A stretch of 64,000 nt of DNA from a virus, in IMG/VR virus record IMGVR_UViG_3300044546_000330, positions 11,341-75,340 of that record; one strand, 5' to 3'. A program made the translations under genes and the position numbers. The notes under the pieces are model-generated. The model did no database searches, was not told where the DNA came from, and was given only the letters and a program-made list of their open reading frames with translations. Positions 18,874 to 30,300 of this stretch are shown here, piece after piece. Within the stretch, counting starts at the first letter, position 1. Each line of letters starts with the position of its first letter.

Positions 18874-20206
18874 AGACTTTTGTAGGGTAAGAACAGACTA
18901 TAGGTACTATTAAGTGTGCTGTTGAGGATAATGTTGCAGTGCTATAATCGGCGCCCGATGTTGGTAATACAAGACTTAAGTACATATCTCCAGCAGGTGT
19001 AATAGTACAACTCATGTGTATGTTTATTTGGCGCCCCGCAAACTGAGTTTCCTTTCCTGAGCCCCAATAACGGGTAGGTTGTATAATACCTGGTAAAGTT
19101 ATTGTAGTAGTGTGCATAGGTCTATAAGTAGCAGGAATAGTGCCTATTTTATAGGATTCTACGTATCTAACTGCTCCCAAAGTGGTCATAACCGCTGTAA
19201 TGTTAGCCCAAACTACGTAAAAAGCTGCGTTTATAGAAACAGTTATAAGGTTTGCAGTGTCTGTTAATTTACTTATAGTATTAATAGGATCGTCTTGAGT
19301 AAAAGTATCGACATCACCGTCTCCTACACATTCTCCCCATCCCAATGAGCTATCCGGAGTTATATTAGAGTAAGTGTAAGTTACTGCGCCCGCCGGTAAA
19401 GTTTTGTAAGACCATTGATTACCTGTCCAGTACAACACTTGATCTACAGTCGCAGAAGTGTCTACTGCATCATTGACATTAGATAAGTCACCTAAAGAGT
19501 GAGTGTGAGCTGGAAGAGTAGGTGTAGGTATTACTAAACTTGAGGCATTAGTTACTCTACCATAAGCATCTACATTAATTACAGGGTATGAGGTAGAACT
19601 CCCATAAGTTCCAGCAGTAACTCCGCTAACGGCTAAGTCTATTACAGGGTTACCAGTTACACCGTCAGGGTAAGTAACAGTAAGTCTAGAAGTATTACCG
19701 ATAGAACGGAATGTCCAAGTGCCTACAGCAGTCTTTGTTAAAAACCCACTACCCGAGAGTGCTTCTATAGCTGGAAGTTCTAGACCTAAGTCAGGGTATA
19801 CTAAAGCTTGTAGTGTCACTCCTGTAATATGGCCCGACTCATTAATTGTAATAACAGGCACTTCTATAGAAGATCCGTACGTTCCTACAGGAACTCCACT
19901 AGCACTGTGTGACACTACTCCTGTTAGAGGATTGTAAGCTAAGGGTGCAGATGCACTTATTATAGCACGAGCAGCAGACTCAGTAAAGAACTGATTACCT
20001 AATAAGTCTATGTCGTTTATGGTGAGTTGAACTTCTCCTGTTTTATCTGCAACAGAAATTACGCAACAAGGATTACTAGGTAAAGCTTCAGAGGTGCTTA
20101 CTAGTCCTGCTAGATTACACTGGCAAGAACTCACAGTAGTACTGGAGAAATCAAATGGGTCACCTAAAGACCCTCCGCATTTTATACATGTACTCATGAG
20201 CAACAA
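18863..20206 (-). CDS. tail fibre-like protein
   Basis: Cys-rich N-terminus, two SGV.(V/A)GTYGS....PVI....G.(I/V)T repeats, HTHSLGDLSNV, DQVLYW, C-terminal IGTIPATYRP. Confidence 0.75.
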   Translation of the reverse strand: MLLMSTCIKCGGSLGDPFDFSSTTVSSCQCNLAGLVSTSEALPSNPCCVISVADKTGEVQLTINDIDLLGNQFFTESAARAIISASAPLAYNPLTGVVSHSASGVPVGTYGSSIEVPVITINESGHITGVTLQALVYPDLGLELPAIEALSGSGFLTKTAVGTWTFRSIGNTSRLTVTYPDGVTGNPVIDLAVSGVTAGTYGSSTSYPVINVDAYGRVTNASSLVIPTPTLPAHTHSLGDLSNVNDAVDTSATVDQVLYWTGNQWSYKTLPAGAVTYTYSNITPDSSLGWGECVGDGDVDTFTQDDPINTISKLTDTANLITVSINAAFYVVWANITAVMTTLGAVRYVESYKIGTIPATYRPMHTTTITLPGIIQPTRYWGSGKETQFAGRQINIHMSCTITPAGDMYLSLVLPTSGADYSTATLSSTAHLIVPIVCSYPTKVFVV

Positions 20207-20514
20207 CAGGATTTAGAGATTTGTTCTACGTTTGTTAGAAGAGCCATAAGTTGGTCTTCATTTATAAAGTTCTTCCCTTCAAAGTCAAAGCTATCTAGCG
20301 CGTACAAGTACAAGTATAGGCAGTAAACACCGGTAGTGTCTGAAGGGTTACAAAGATTTTTATTAAGTTGGTACAAGTTGTTGTACATCATATTAAGTAC
20401 ACCGTCAGTAAGTCCAGCCTTTCCACCTGAAAGCGCTTTACATACTTCGTCTTCTGAAACAAAAGGAGTAAACTCGGATATATTATACAATGTAGCCATT
20501 AGCAAGTAGTACAA
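20194..20514 (-). CDS. putative tail hub B-like structural protein
   Basis: About 100-aa helical, Cys-containing protein between a hub-A-like gene and a fibre gene; assignment from synteny. Confidence 0.4.
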   Translation of the reverse strand: MYYLLMATLYNISEFTPFVSEDEVCKALSGGKAGLTDGVLNMMYNNLYQLNKNLCNPSDTTGVYCLYLYLYALDSFDFEGKNFINEDQLMALLTNVEQISKSCCCS

Positions 20515-21278
20515 GTTGGTGAAGAAGTAGAAGACGCACTCAAAAGAACTGCAGCGTTATGAGCTTTGGCATAGTTTCCACAGTTCATACTTATCTGTGC
20601 AGCAAACTTAAGTAGTAATCGATTAAACAAAGCTAAAGAAGTTTCATTGTCACAACCTTGCCCGTTCTTTAAAGAGTTTATAGCCATGTTTCCAATATCA
20701 GAGATAAGATCTGCTTCTCCGTCATTAGTAATCAGTACGTACTTTTGTACTTTATACACAAACCACAAAGGACCGTCGTCTAACCCACCGGTCAAAGTTG
20801 AAGCCAGTGTTACAGTTGTGGTGTCGAAAGCTGTAATAACAGAGACATTATCTATGCTAAAGTTTTCAGAAGCTGAAACTATTACTCCGTAAACACCTTC
20901 GAACAAACCTGTAGTGCCCGTCCAAGGGGCCCCAGCTCCTCTACTAAGTGTAGTCTTCGGTGTATCTAGAGCATAGTCTAAGTCTATACCTGATACTGAT
21001 CTTGTAAAGTACTCTGTTACAAGATAAATACCGTCTTTAAACTGGTAAGAGATGGTCGCTGTTACATCTTCATTAGTAGTTGAAGGAAAAAACGTAAGTT
21101 TTTGGGCTATGTCACCTAGGTATTGTACGTATAACTGTTTGTTCCATGACAAGTTATTCTGGGGCAAGTAACTTGCTATTCCGTAACCTGTAAGGTCAGC
21201 AGGGTAGTTTCCTGTAATGTCAGCAACTGTAATAGACTTGGAGTCTTTTGGAATTGTTATGCTTATCTTAGGTATCAT
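20499..21278 (-). CDS. putative tail hub A-like structural protein
   Basis: ITVADITG, DGIY, C-terminal helical ...AAQISMNCGNYAKA... and terminal CTTC. Confidence 0.5.
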   Translation of the reverse strand: MIPKISITIPKDSKSITVADITGNYPADLTGYGIASYLPQNNLSWNKQLYVQYLGDIAQKLTFFPSTTNEDVTATISYQFKDGIYLVTEYFTRSVSGIDLDYALDTPKTTLSRGAGAPWTGTTGLFEGVYGVIVSASENFSIDNVSVITAFDTTTVTLASTLTGGLDDGPLWFVYKVQKYVLITNDGEADLISDIGNMAINSLKNGQGCDNETSLALFNRLLLKFAAQISMNCGNYAKAHNAAVLLSASSTSSPTCTTC

Positions 21279-21282
21279 AATA

Positions 21283-21290
21283 CAAAGATA
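21283..21290 (-). promoter_or_regulatory. -7 promoter element TATCTTTG, 4 nt before ATG
   Basis: Minus strand reads TATCTTTG-TATT-ATG. Confidence 0.6.
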
Positions 21291-21292
21291 GT

Positions 21293-21320
21293 AAAAAAGA
21301 GATACACTTATGCATATCTC
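21293..21320 (-). terminator. Rho-independent terminator after the RNAP gene
   Basis: Minus strand GAGATATGC-ATAA-GTGTATCTC-TTTTTT. Confidence 0.8.
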
Positions 21321-21335
21321 CTTCTTACTGTAAGG

Positions 21336-24300
21336 TTATCTAACTGCTGAACTAAGGTCAGTAGTTGCATACTGGTTTAGTTTATTTACATTGTTCACTA
21401 TAGGCAGGGCTTTTGTAGTCTTGAGAACAGCTTTGTCCCAATGGTATCCTTCATCTGTAGAAAACTTGTACCAAGCTTTAGGCACAGCAAGTGCATCTCT
21501 TACTACGGACCATGAAGGTACTGGGTTACCAGTCAACTGGTCAAACACATCCGGGCTAGAGTAGATAGCAAGATCCTGGTAAGTTCTATACAGCATGTTT
21601 ATAGTCATACGTTGTATAGCTGTGTGATCTTTCCCTAGTCGTCTTCTCTTCTTCATCTCTTCGTCGTCTGGTAAAGCAGCTTTAAGTAAATAGTACGAAG
21701 CAAGTATAAAAGCAGTGTAAGCCATACCTGCTAAGTTTCTTCTCATGTTCTCTTTCTCATGTTCTTGCAAGTCTACTAGTTGCCTTTCTCCGTCTACAGT
21801 TCTCCATATCTGGCCACTGTCTAACGGATTTGTTCCAGTCATTACACTGAAAGCTTGTTGCAATAACATAGGTACTCCAAGACCAGGCATACGTAACATA
21901 GTTCTGTATCTACCTTCTACGTTTCTTTCTAGTACCTCACTGTATCCTTGATCACTGCCCCATCTAGTCTTAATACCTTCTGGTATCCAGCTAGCTTTAA
22001 ACTGACCAAGTAGTCTACCAAACATGTCCTCTTTAATATGCTGAGGCATAAACTTGTCCTGCGCTCCAAAGATTATGACCTGTATCATTCTAGCTCTTAG
22101 AGTAAACTTGTTCCATTCTGTTTGTTCGCTCCTGTTATCTTGAGAAGACCACGCTTTGTTCTCGCCATACTTGGCAGCGTCCCATTCTCCGTTCTCATTT
22201 AAAGCGTCGAACAAACGAATAGTTTTCTCTTCGCCATCTACAAGTACTTTTATAGGTACATTAAGAGTACGGGCAATAATACACGAACCTTTAGTAAGAA
22301 AGTCACCTGACTTCTGCGCTGCAAAAGGATGGAAGAACTGAGCGGTGTTTGACTTCTCTTCTACTAGGTTTGTTTTACCGTAAGCAGTGTCTATTAATGC
22401 CTCGATAGAACCAACTCTCTGTATAATTGCTGCACATTTCTTAGCAACGTCTCCACCTTCGTACCCAAACGCTTTTAACCAAGACCTAGACACATTACCT
22501 TTCATCATCTTGAAAGCTAGTTTAAGGTGCTCTACTGCAAAGTCTCCGTTACCTTTAGTAAAGCCATCTTCTCCAACTCTAAAACCTCTGGCATGTATCA
22601 TTGCGGCCATGTAACCGTAAGTAAAGTTAGACACAGCTGAGAGAGGATTATAAGACATAGACTTAAGTTGTTGCAAACCTATTGTAACGTCTGCTATTTT
22701 AGAAGCAGCAATGTACCTAGCCTTTGATCTTATCTCTTCTACTCTGTTCTCTACCATTTCCAACTCTTTTACAAGTGGGTGATTAGGATTATCGTAAGGG
22801 TTTACACCAGTGTTTGCATGCTCATCTAGTATTTTACTTCGAAGAACTGGGACTCTTTTAACAAGTTCAGCAAGTTCTCTAGTAAGTTTTTTGTTCTCTC
22901 TGACGTTTGCACTGTACACCGGCGTAGTACCGACTCCTTGTACTTCCGTAGGCTTTTGGTATACCAGCATATCTTGATAGTACTCCATCAAGCTTAACAA
23001 GTTAGTCAATCCTTTCTTACCATCCTTTAGTCTCTCATTGTTTTCCTCTTTAACTAAACGAGTGATAACGTCTCCTACTTCTTTTACAGGGTACATGTTC
23101 TTGTAGTGTATAGCCATGTTACCAAACATCTCAAAGATACGAGGTAAGTCATGACTAATCTCTTCAGTAAGTACTCTGCCTTTTACTTTGTTTCCGGCCG
23201 CATCAATAGTCTCTTCCCTTGGGGCAGCACCGGCGTACTTAACCTTAAGTTTAGAACCGCGTACTTTGTCCATCTGGTCTTTAGTAACAGATAGTTTTTC
23301 AAGCGCCTTTTGCCCTACTGCTGACGTCTTAAAGTTAGACAAGAAGTTAGAAGCTGCTGCCATCTGATCTATACCTACTATAGGCAAGAAGTTTTCGTGT
23401 AAACTCTCCGCTAGTGTGGCCGGTAAATAGTCTCTAAACTTTTGAGACAATTCGGTTAGTATATCATAAGCTTCAGACAGGTTATTGTTGGCCCTTATCT
23501 TTTCGTACTTACTATCTAAGTTAGATGCTAGTCTTTTAGGGGCAAACCAAGCTTTGAATCTTCCGTTGTGCGCGTATACTCTTTCTTCTTTTTGAGACGT
23601 AGATGGTTCTGTGTTTAAGAAACTAACCGGAGAGTTTCTACTTTCCCAACTAATCTTTTGTCTAGCTTTCTCGTTTTCTATTCTTGTCTTAACGTGATTA
23701 GCCATGTACACAAGTTGTTCATCTGGCGTCATGTTTGCCCAGTTTATCTGGTCTTCAGCGGATAAAGTAGCAGGATCAAAAGCTGCCATAGCAGGGTCTG
23801 TTTCTACTCCTGCTTCTAACTCTTCGAACTTTATCTCTCTTATCTCTAAGTACTTTTTGTAGTCCTTTTGAGCTTTTTCTATTACCTTCTTAGTAGATTC
23901 TTCTACAGTCTTAGAATAGAAATCTGCCAACACTGCTTGAGCTTCTGCGTCTGTTCTTAGTTCCCCTGTAGCTAAGTCAAGTATCTTGTCGATAGGAACT
24001 GCTATGCCTGTCTTGTTACTTTCTTTCCAGTACTTCTTAAATGCGCGTTCTGCAAGTTTCCTTTTACGTCTTACATTGTCTGGCGTATCAGTAGGCATAC
24101 TTTGTAGTTCGCTAAGTCTGTGTCTTAAGTACCCTCTATTACTAGCTAATGCTTGATACCAGTCAGGGTGCAATTCTTGTACAAGTCCAAACACAGTGTT
24201 GGCATCGTTAGTCTGAATGAACTGTGCGTAAGCTTTCTCGTCTGGTACAAGTTCTTTAAACCTCTTGAGTATACTTACCAAGTCACGCTTTTCAGCCTCT

Positions 24301-27300
24301 GCAGTCTGTACATGGTACTGAGTAAACGTAGTGTACATCTGCATTAACTTGTTAGCATCTCTCTCTAAGTAGATCAATTGATCTTGAAGTATGTGTATCT
24401 CCTTAAGATTAAAACCAAGGTCAGCCGGGGTAAGTTCTATGTTTGTAACTTCTTTACCTGTCGCTATTACAGTGTGCATACCTTGCTGTACCATTCTATT
24501 GGTGAGTTCTCTGGCTATACCTTCTATTGAAGAAGTGGCAAGTTTAAAGTCTTCGTTAGTAGTATCAAACCCAGTTTTGTAAATCTCTGATAAAGAGTTC
24601 CAAGTATCTAGTACTTCCCAAGCGACATTCACTTCAGACATGTGCAGGTTACCTTTAGTCAATCTATTCTTTACCCACTGTATCTGTTTGTTACCTATCT
24701 CTATTACCTTCTCAAGGTCATTGGATTCTTTAAGTTGATCGTAGTCATCCTTTACTTCGTGGTACTGTAGTTTTGCTTCTGCTTGACGTTGTCTATCTTC
24801 ATCTGTTCTAGCGGGTCTATCTATTGCACCTTCCATAACTTGTAGAGTTCTATACATGTTCTCAAGTACTTTGTCCACATAGTCAGTACGTATAGACTTA
24901 GCCTCGGCGCCGACAGTCAATATTAAGTGAGTACCTTTGTCTTCTACAGAAACGTCTTTAGATTGTGTAGTACCTATGATGTCCTTCATGTGGCTAGCTT
25001 CTTGTTCTGTAAAGAAGAGCATAGCAGGGGGTGCAAACAAATCATCAAGAGTAGTAGTTATTCTTTCTAGCGCTCGTTCGTTGTGGTCTTGTAAAGAAGA
25101 TAAGTCATAGCTTAGCGCGACTGCTTCTTTCAGTATACTAGTACTATTGTACTGTACACCCTTTGCCTCAAGGGCTTTTACTACCTCTGCAAAGAAAGAA
25201 GTTACAGCGTCTAAAAGCTTCTCTATCCAGTTTTCTGCTTTGTTTGTAGACTCTATGCTGTTAAGAAACTGCATAAGGTCTTCTTGAGTAAGCACTTGGA
25301 CTACAAACTCTTCCATACTTGAAAGACTGTACATCAACCTGATGTTAACGTCGTCCGGCAAAGAGCTCTTATTCTCTTTTAACAAGTTGGACCATTCTTC
25401 AAACTTTCCAGGTTGGGCAATTTCCATCTCTGCTTTAAGTTTAGCTAAAGCTTGTTGACGAAGCTTGTCTAACTCTATAGCTTTTCTATAAAGGTCAGGG
25501 TGCTTGGCGATAAACGCTTGAGCACTTGCTTGGTACTCAGCAAATAACTTATCTGACTCTGCCTTTGATGCATTAGGGTTATCTTTACTATACTTTGACC
25601 ACCATAAGTCCTTGTTTAACCATCCCATACTTCTTAAGAACCCTACAGATCTTGTGTGTAAGTTCTCGTGTACAGTTGTTTCAGCAGCTAACTTTATGTC
25701 CTTAGTAGGTTTAAGATTTAAAGTATTAGTCTGTAAGAAAAAGTTACCACTAGACCCTATAGGGCTAGTAGGACTATAGCTAAATGGTTGGGCAGTGTTT
25801 ACTCCAAGAAACTGTCTGCCTTCAAGTTCTTCAGCTGATACTGTTGACTCTGCAAGACTTTGAGCAAGCATTCTTAAGTAGCTAGGTACTAGAGGATCTG
25901 TAGACAGAAGTTCTAATCCTCTGTTCATAATCTCTTCACCACCTTCTATATGCAAGTTCCAGCGGGACAGTGCGTTATTAGGGTCACTACCTTCACGTAT
26001 TCTCTTTTCGACTTCAGAGTCTAACTGCCTTTCAAAAGTAGCTTCTTTAAACTTATACCCTGCTCTGTTCTCTGGGAACACTGATCGATTTATTTCGTGC
26101 ACTTTAGAGTCATACTCTACATGATTATCTTGCCCTAAGGTGTCAACGCGTTGATAAGTAACTGTACCTCCCGCTTCTCTTAGCCTGTAAAGTATAGTAC
26201 GCCCTTCTTGTTTAGACCTGTAACTAATGTACTTAGTGTACTCTTGCTCGCCGTCTCCAGGTACAACTTGTAAGTTTGCATTTTGTCCATACTTAAATAC
26301 TATTATCTCAGGGTAATCTCTACCTGTGACCTCATACTGGGCCCAAGAATCTTTAAACACAGCAGAGTCTACTTTGATAGCTAGTTTAGGCATGTGCTGA
26401 TACAGCTGATCTATAAACCCAGCAGGCACTTTACCAGTTGCTTGTAGCATTTCATAGGAAAGCCTTAGGTTTACACTTATATCAGTACCTAATAAAACTC
26501 CTGAAGGTAACTTACTAGCCAAAGAAGTTGAACTAGCCTGAGGAGTAAGTAGCATAGTATACGTTATTAAGTCTTCTCCTAGTTGTCTTTCTACTTCATT
26601 ACTTGATTGTATGAGAGCAGCAAAATCTTCTATTACTTGGTTGTCTGTTGCACGTATAGACTTTTCATTGTGGACAGTTATAAAGTCGGGCCCTTTTCCT
26701 ACTATTGCAATATCAGTAGAAATACGGTTTATAAGACTGTTAGTCTTGTTCTCTTTCATGTACTCGGCCACTCTAACTGCTAAGGACTTATTTGTCTCGG
26801 TATTGTAGAGTAGTCTTAACCTTTCAGCAGTACTGTTCATAGCTATTGCAGGTGAGGTAGAGATTAAGAAAGACCTAAAATTCCTAAGGACTTCTAGTTG
26901 TACTTTCAAAGGTAACTCACTCATTACTTTACCTTGTTGCATTGCCACTTGTGACATTAGACTAGATATAGCATCTACCGGGAATACGGAAGCTAGTAAA
27001 TTCTTGGCAATAGGAATAGTCATCTGGTACATCTGTTCCAGCTGGTGCTCGGGCTCAGTTAAATAGTGTTCCCCTATAAAGATCTTGCCCATAGTTGTGT
27101 GGCCAAGCTTTTCATGATTCTCTTCTTGCTGAAGTAAGTAGACTAGGTTAGGCCCTGCTCCATTAGTGTCTTGGTTTAAAGTCTTTTGAAGTTGTCTAAT
27201 ACGTTCTCCTATTTCCAACAACCTTTCAAACTTTTTCAAAACCGCTAACTGTCTTGTGTAGTAAAGACTGTCCTTAGCTTCTTCTTTTAAAGAAGTATTA

Positions 27301-30300
27301 AACGCTGCTACAAGCATCCTCTCATCTACGTTTGTAGTTGCTATTTCCTTTACCAAGTCTTCATCACTATTCTTTTCTTTCTTTTCAAGAGCACTAGCAG
27401 CTTTCCACTTTGCTGTGTAGTCTCTAGCTAGTCCTTCTATAATAGTAGCTTGTAGATTAGCATTGTACTCTTCACTCAAGGAGTCATTTCCTTTTCTATA
27501 CTCTCTAGTGTAATCGTTTAAGATCTCTTGTACAGATAATGCTGTTTGAAAGTTTTTACTTAAACCCAGGTTTGGCTCTTTCTCCTTAACCTGGTGTATC
27601 ATATTCATAGCAACAAAGGCAGGATAAGTAGCCAAAGTAATATTTAAGTTATCTAGATCTCTGTTGTTAGCATTATCTACGGCGCCTGACTGATCTATGG
27701 TAATGTTATCGTGTTTTGAGTACCAAGTAGACATGTCATCAGTAGAGTCTTCTCCTCTTGAGATTGCTTCTCCCGCTAAGTGAGAAAGTCTAAGACCGTT
27801 TAATTCTAGCGGTCTAGGGTTTTCATGCACCATACCTTCTTTATCTGTATAGTAGTTTCCTAACTTTATTTCTCGTCCTTGCGTAGCAAACTTTTGTAAG
27901 TTAGCTTCTTGGGTTGAAGCTAAGGAAGTAGCGCCCACCAAAGACTTAGCATCTTTTGCAGATTGGAAAGTTTTTAATTGAGTGATAGCAGAAAAGTAAG
28001 TATGTGCCCCTGTAACTCCGCGAGCAAACTTCTTGTTAGCTTTAGCCAAGTCAGTCTTATCCAACTTAGAAAAAACTTTAGCGTACATATCCTTGTGGGT
28101 AAGTATTCCCCAGTGGATATTAAAGTAATCCTTTTGTAAAGTGTCTGTTGTTTCTTTTTCCCCACTTGTCACTTCCATGAACGAGTTAGTCTCTGGGTTA
28201 TGCCAGTAAGGTCTTTGATAAGTGTACAACTTATCCACGTCAAAGTCAGATCCCATCTGTCCTGTAATGGCTCCAGGTACTATCATCAGATCTCCCATCC
28301 ATTCAGGAGTAAAACCTACTATCTCAATAGGTATCATAGAGTTGTGGCCCTGATTAGGGATACGCGCGCCTACAAGTTGTAATAGTTCCTTAGGTACACG
28401 GGCCATGTCCAACTGGTTAGTACCTTCTATAAGGTAATCAGATACTTTCTGTTTAACGCCGTTGATGTGAAAGTTAAAAGGAGCTATGACTTGGGCCGGC
28501 AACACGTTACCATTCTCGTCCTTAGACATGTGTCTTAGAGGTTCATCAAGATTGTAGTCTCCTATTGTCACTATTCCTTTACGGTCTGCAGCTGAAAGAC
28601 TTGCTAGTCTTCGCATACCTATACTAGAAGCCTGTACATAAGACTTACCAGGCATCTTAAACTCCGTTACTTTCTTCACTTGAGCAAGTAATAACTTCTC
28701 AAATCTTTCTACTGCGCTATGAAAGAATAGCGGGTAAGCCATGTAATCTTTCTGTACTTCAACAGGGTTGCCCTTACTGTCAATCTTTGTTTCAGTTTCA
28801 GAGAGTATACCTTCTAGCAAAGCTATATCGTTAGGAGGAAACTCTCCTGCACGGGCAGCGTCTACTAGAAGTTCTATTACTTTCTTAGGTTCAATTTGTT
28901 CTGTTGCGTTTTTAATTCCAAGTTTAGAGTACAAGTCTTTAAGGTTTCTAGTAGCCATAGCTATTCGAATAGCTTCTTTACGTTGTCTTACTTCTTGCCC
29001 TGAATAAGTTTTACCAGAATCGTCGATAGTAAAGTTTGACATCTCTAATATTCCTTCTACTATTAACTTGTCCATCTGAGTAACTACACCGATCTTAGTC
29101 TTGCTTTCATCGTACGGAACCTCTTGCTGAATACGGAAGTTTGCTCTGTCCAGTTGTCTTGTACTTCTAACTAAGGCGTCTTTGTCAGGCGAAACAAACT
29201 TGTTGTCCTCGTCAAAAAGTTTAACAAGTTTTGGATTATTACCCAGTTTACTACCTGATTTAAAAGAACATCTTTGGTACAATTCTTTTCCGTCAGTAGT
29301 CTCGTGCCCTGGAAGTTTACCTTCCATTAGTAATCTTAGCTTGTCTAGTTCCGTATCTTTTGTGTACTCTTTAAACAAAGGAAAAGACATAGTCTTAAGA
29401 TAGTCATAAAAGATTAAACCATTTTCATAACGTGCCCCAGCGTATACCGGCTTCATAGCACCCATAGGTTCGATCATCTGTTGCAATTGCTCGTCACTAA
29501 AGTCTCCGTCTTTGTCTAAGACTTCTATAAGTTCGTTGTATAGTTTTTCTTCTATTTTTCCAGCCTTATACATTACATTTAAGTGCTCTCTTACAGTTGT
29601 TAACTCTTGGGCATCTGTAGCTTCTGAAGACTGTACATTACTACCAAACTTAGCTGCGTACCCATAAGTCATTGTCACGTCAGTAATAGTTAGGTGAGAG
29701 TACAAAGGATTTTCAAACTCTAGTTGTTGTCCCGGAGCAATGTCTTTTGCTAGACGTTTAGAATAGAAAGCCAAAGTCTTTTCTTCATTACCCTTCCATG
29801 CATTAGCTGGGTCTCCCATAAACATAACTACTGAAGAGGCGTTCCATAGTACTGAATTAAGAGCGTACTCATACGCAGTTCTTCTAAGTATTTCCTCGTT
29901 CTTAGTCTTTCCCTTTAGGTCTTTGTAGTTCTTTTTCTGGTACTTGGTATCTATAAGAGTATGATCAATACCGTTGTCCTTAAAGTACTGCACAGCTTCG
30001 TCACCTATTTGTGTAAGGTACTCGGCTATTCTTTCTTTTACAAAGCTTTGTACGCCGGCATCTAAAGAAGAAGCAACATTGCCTTGCTCGTCAAAAAGAA
30101 ACATACTATTTTTACCTAAAGACTCTTTGTTTAAAGTAGGGAATAGTATAAAGCGTTCACCTCCATCGTCCATTGCTTCTGAACCTGCAGTACCTTGATT
30201 TCTTTTTAACTCTTGTACTCTCTTAATACGAAGCCATTCTCCCTCGAACAGAGTGTACACTGCGTTTACTATCTCAGGGGTTAGGTTACCATCTTTCCCT

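Noticed and set aside
28231-28239. DnaA-box-like TTATCCACG (also TTATCCACT near 48009)
   Set aside because: Single mismatched copies inside coding sequence, as expected by chance.
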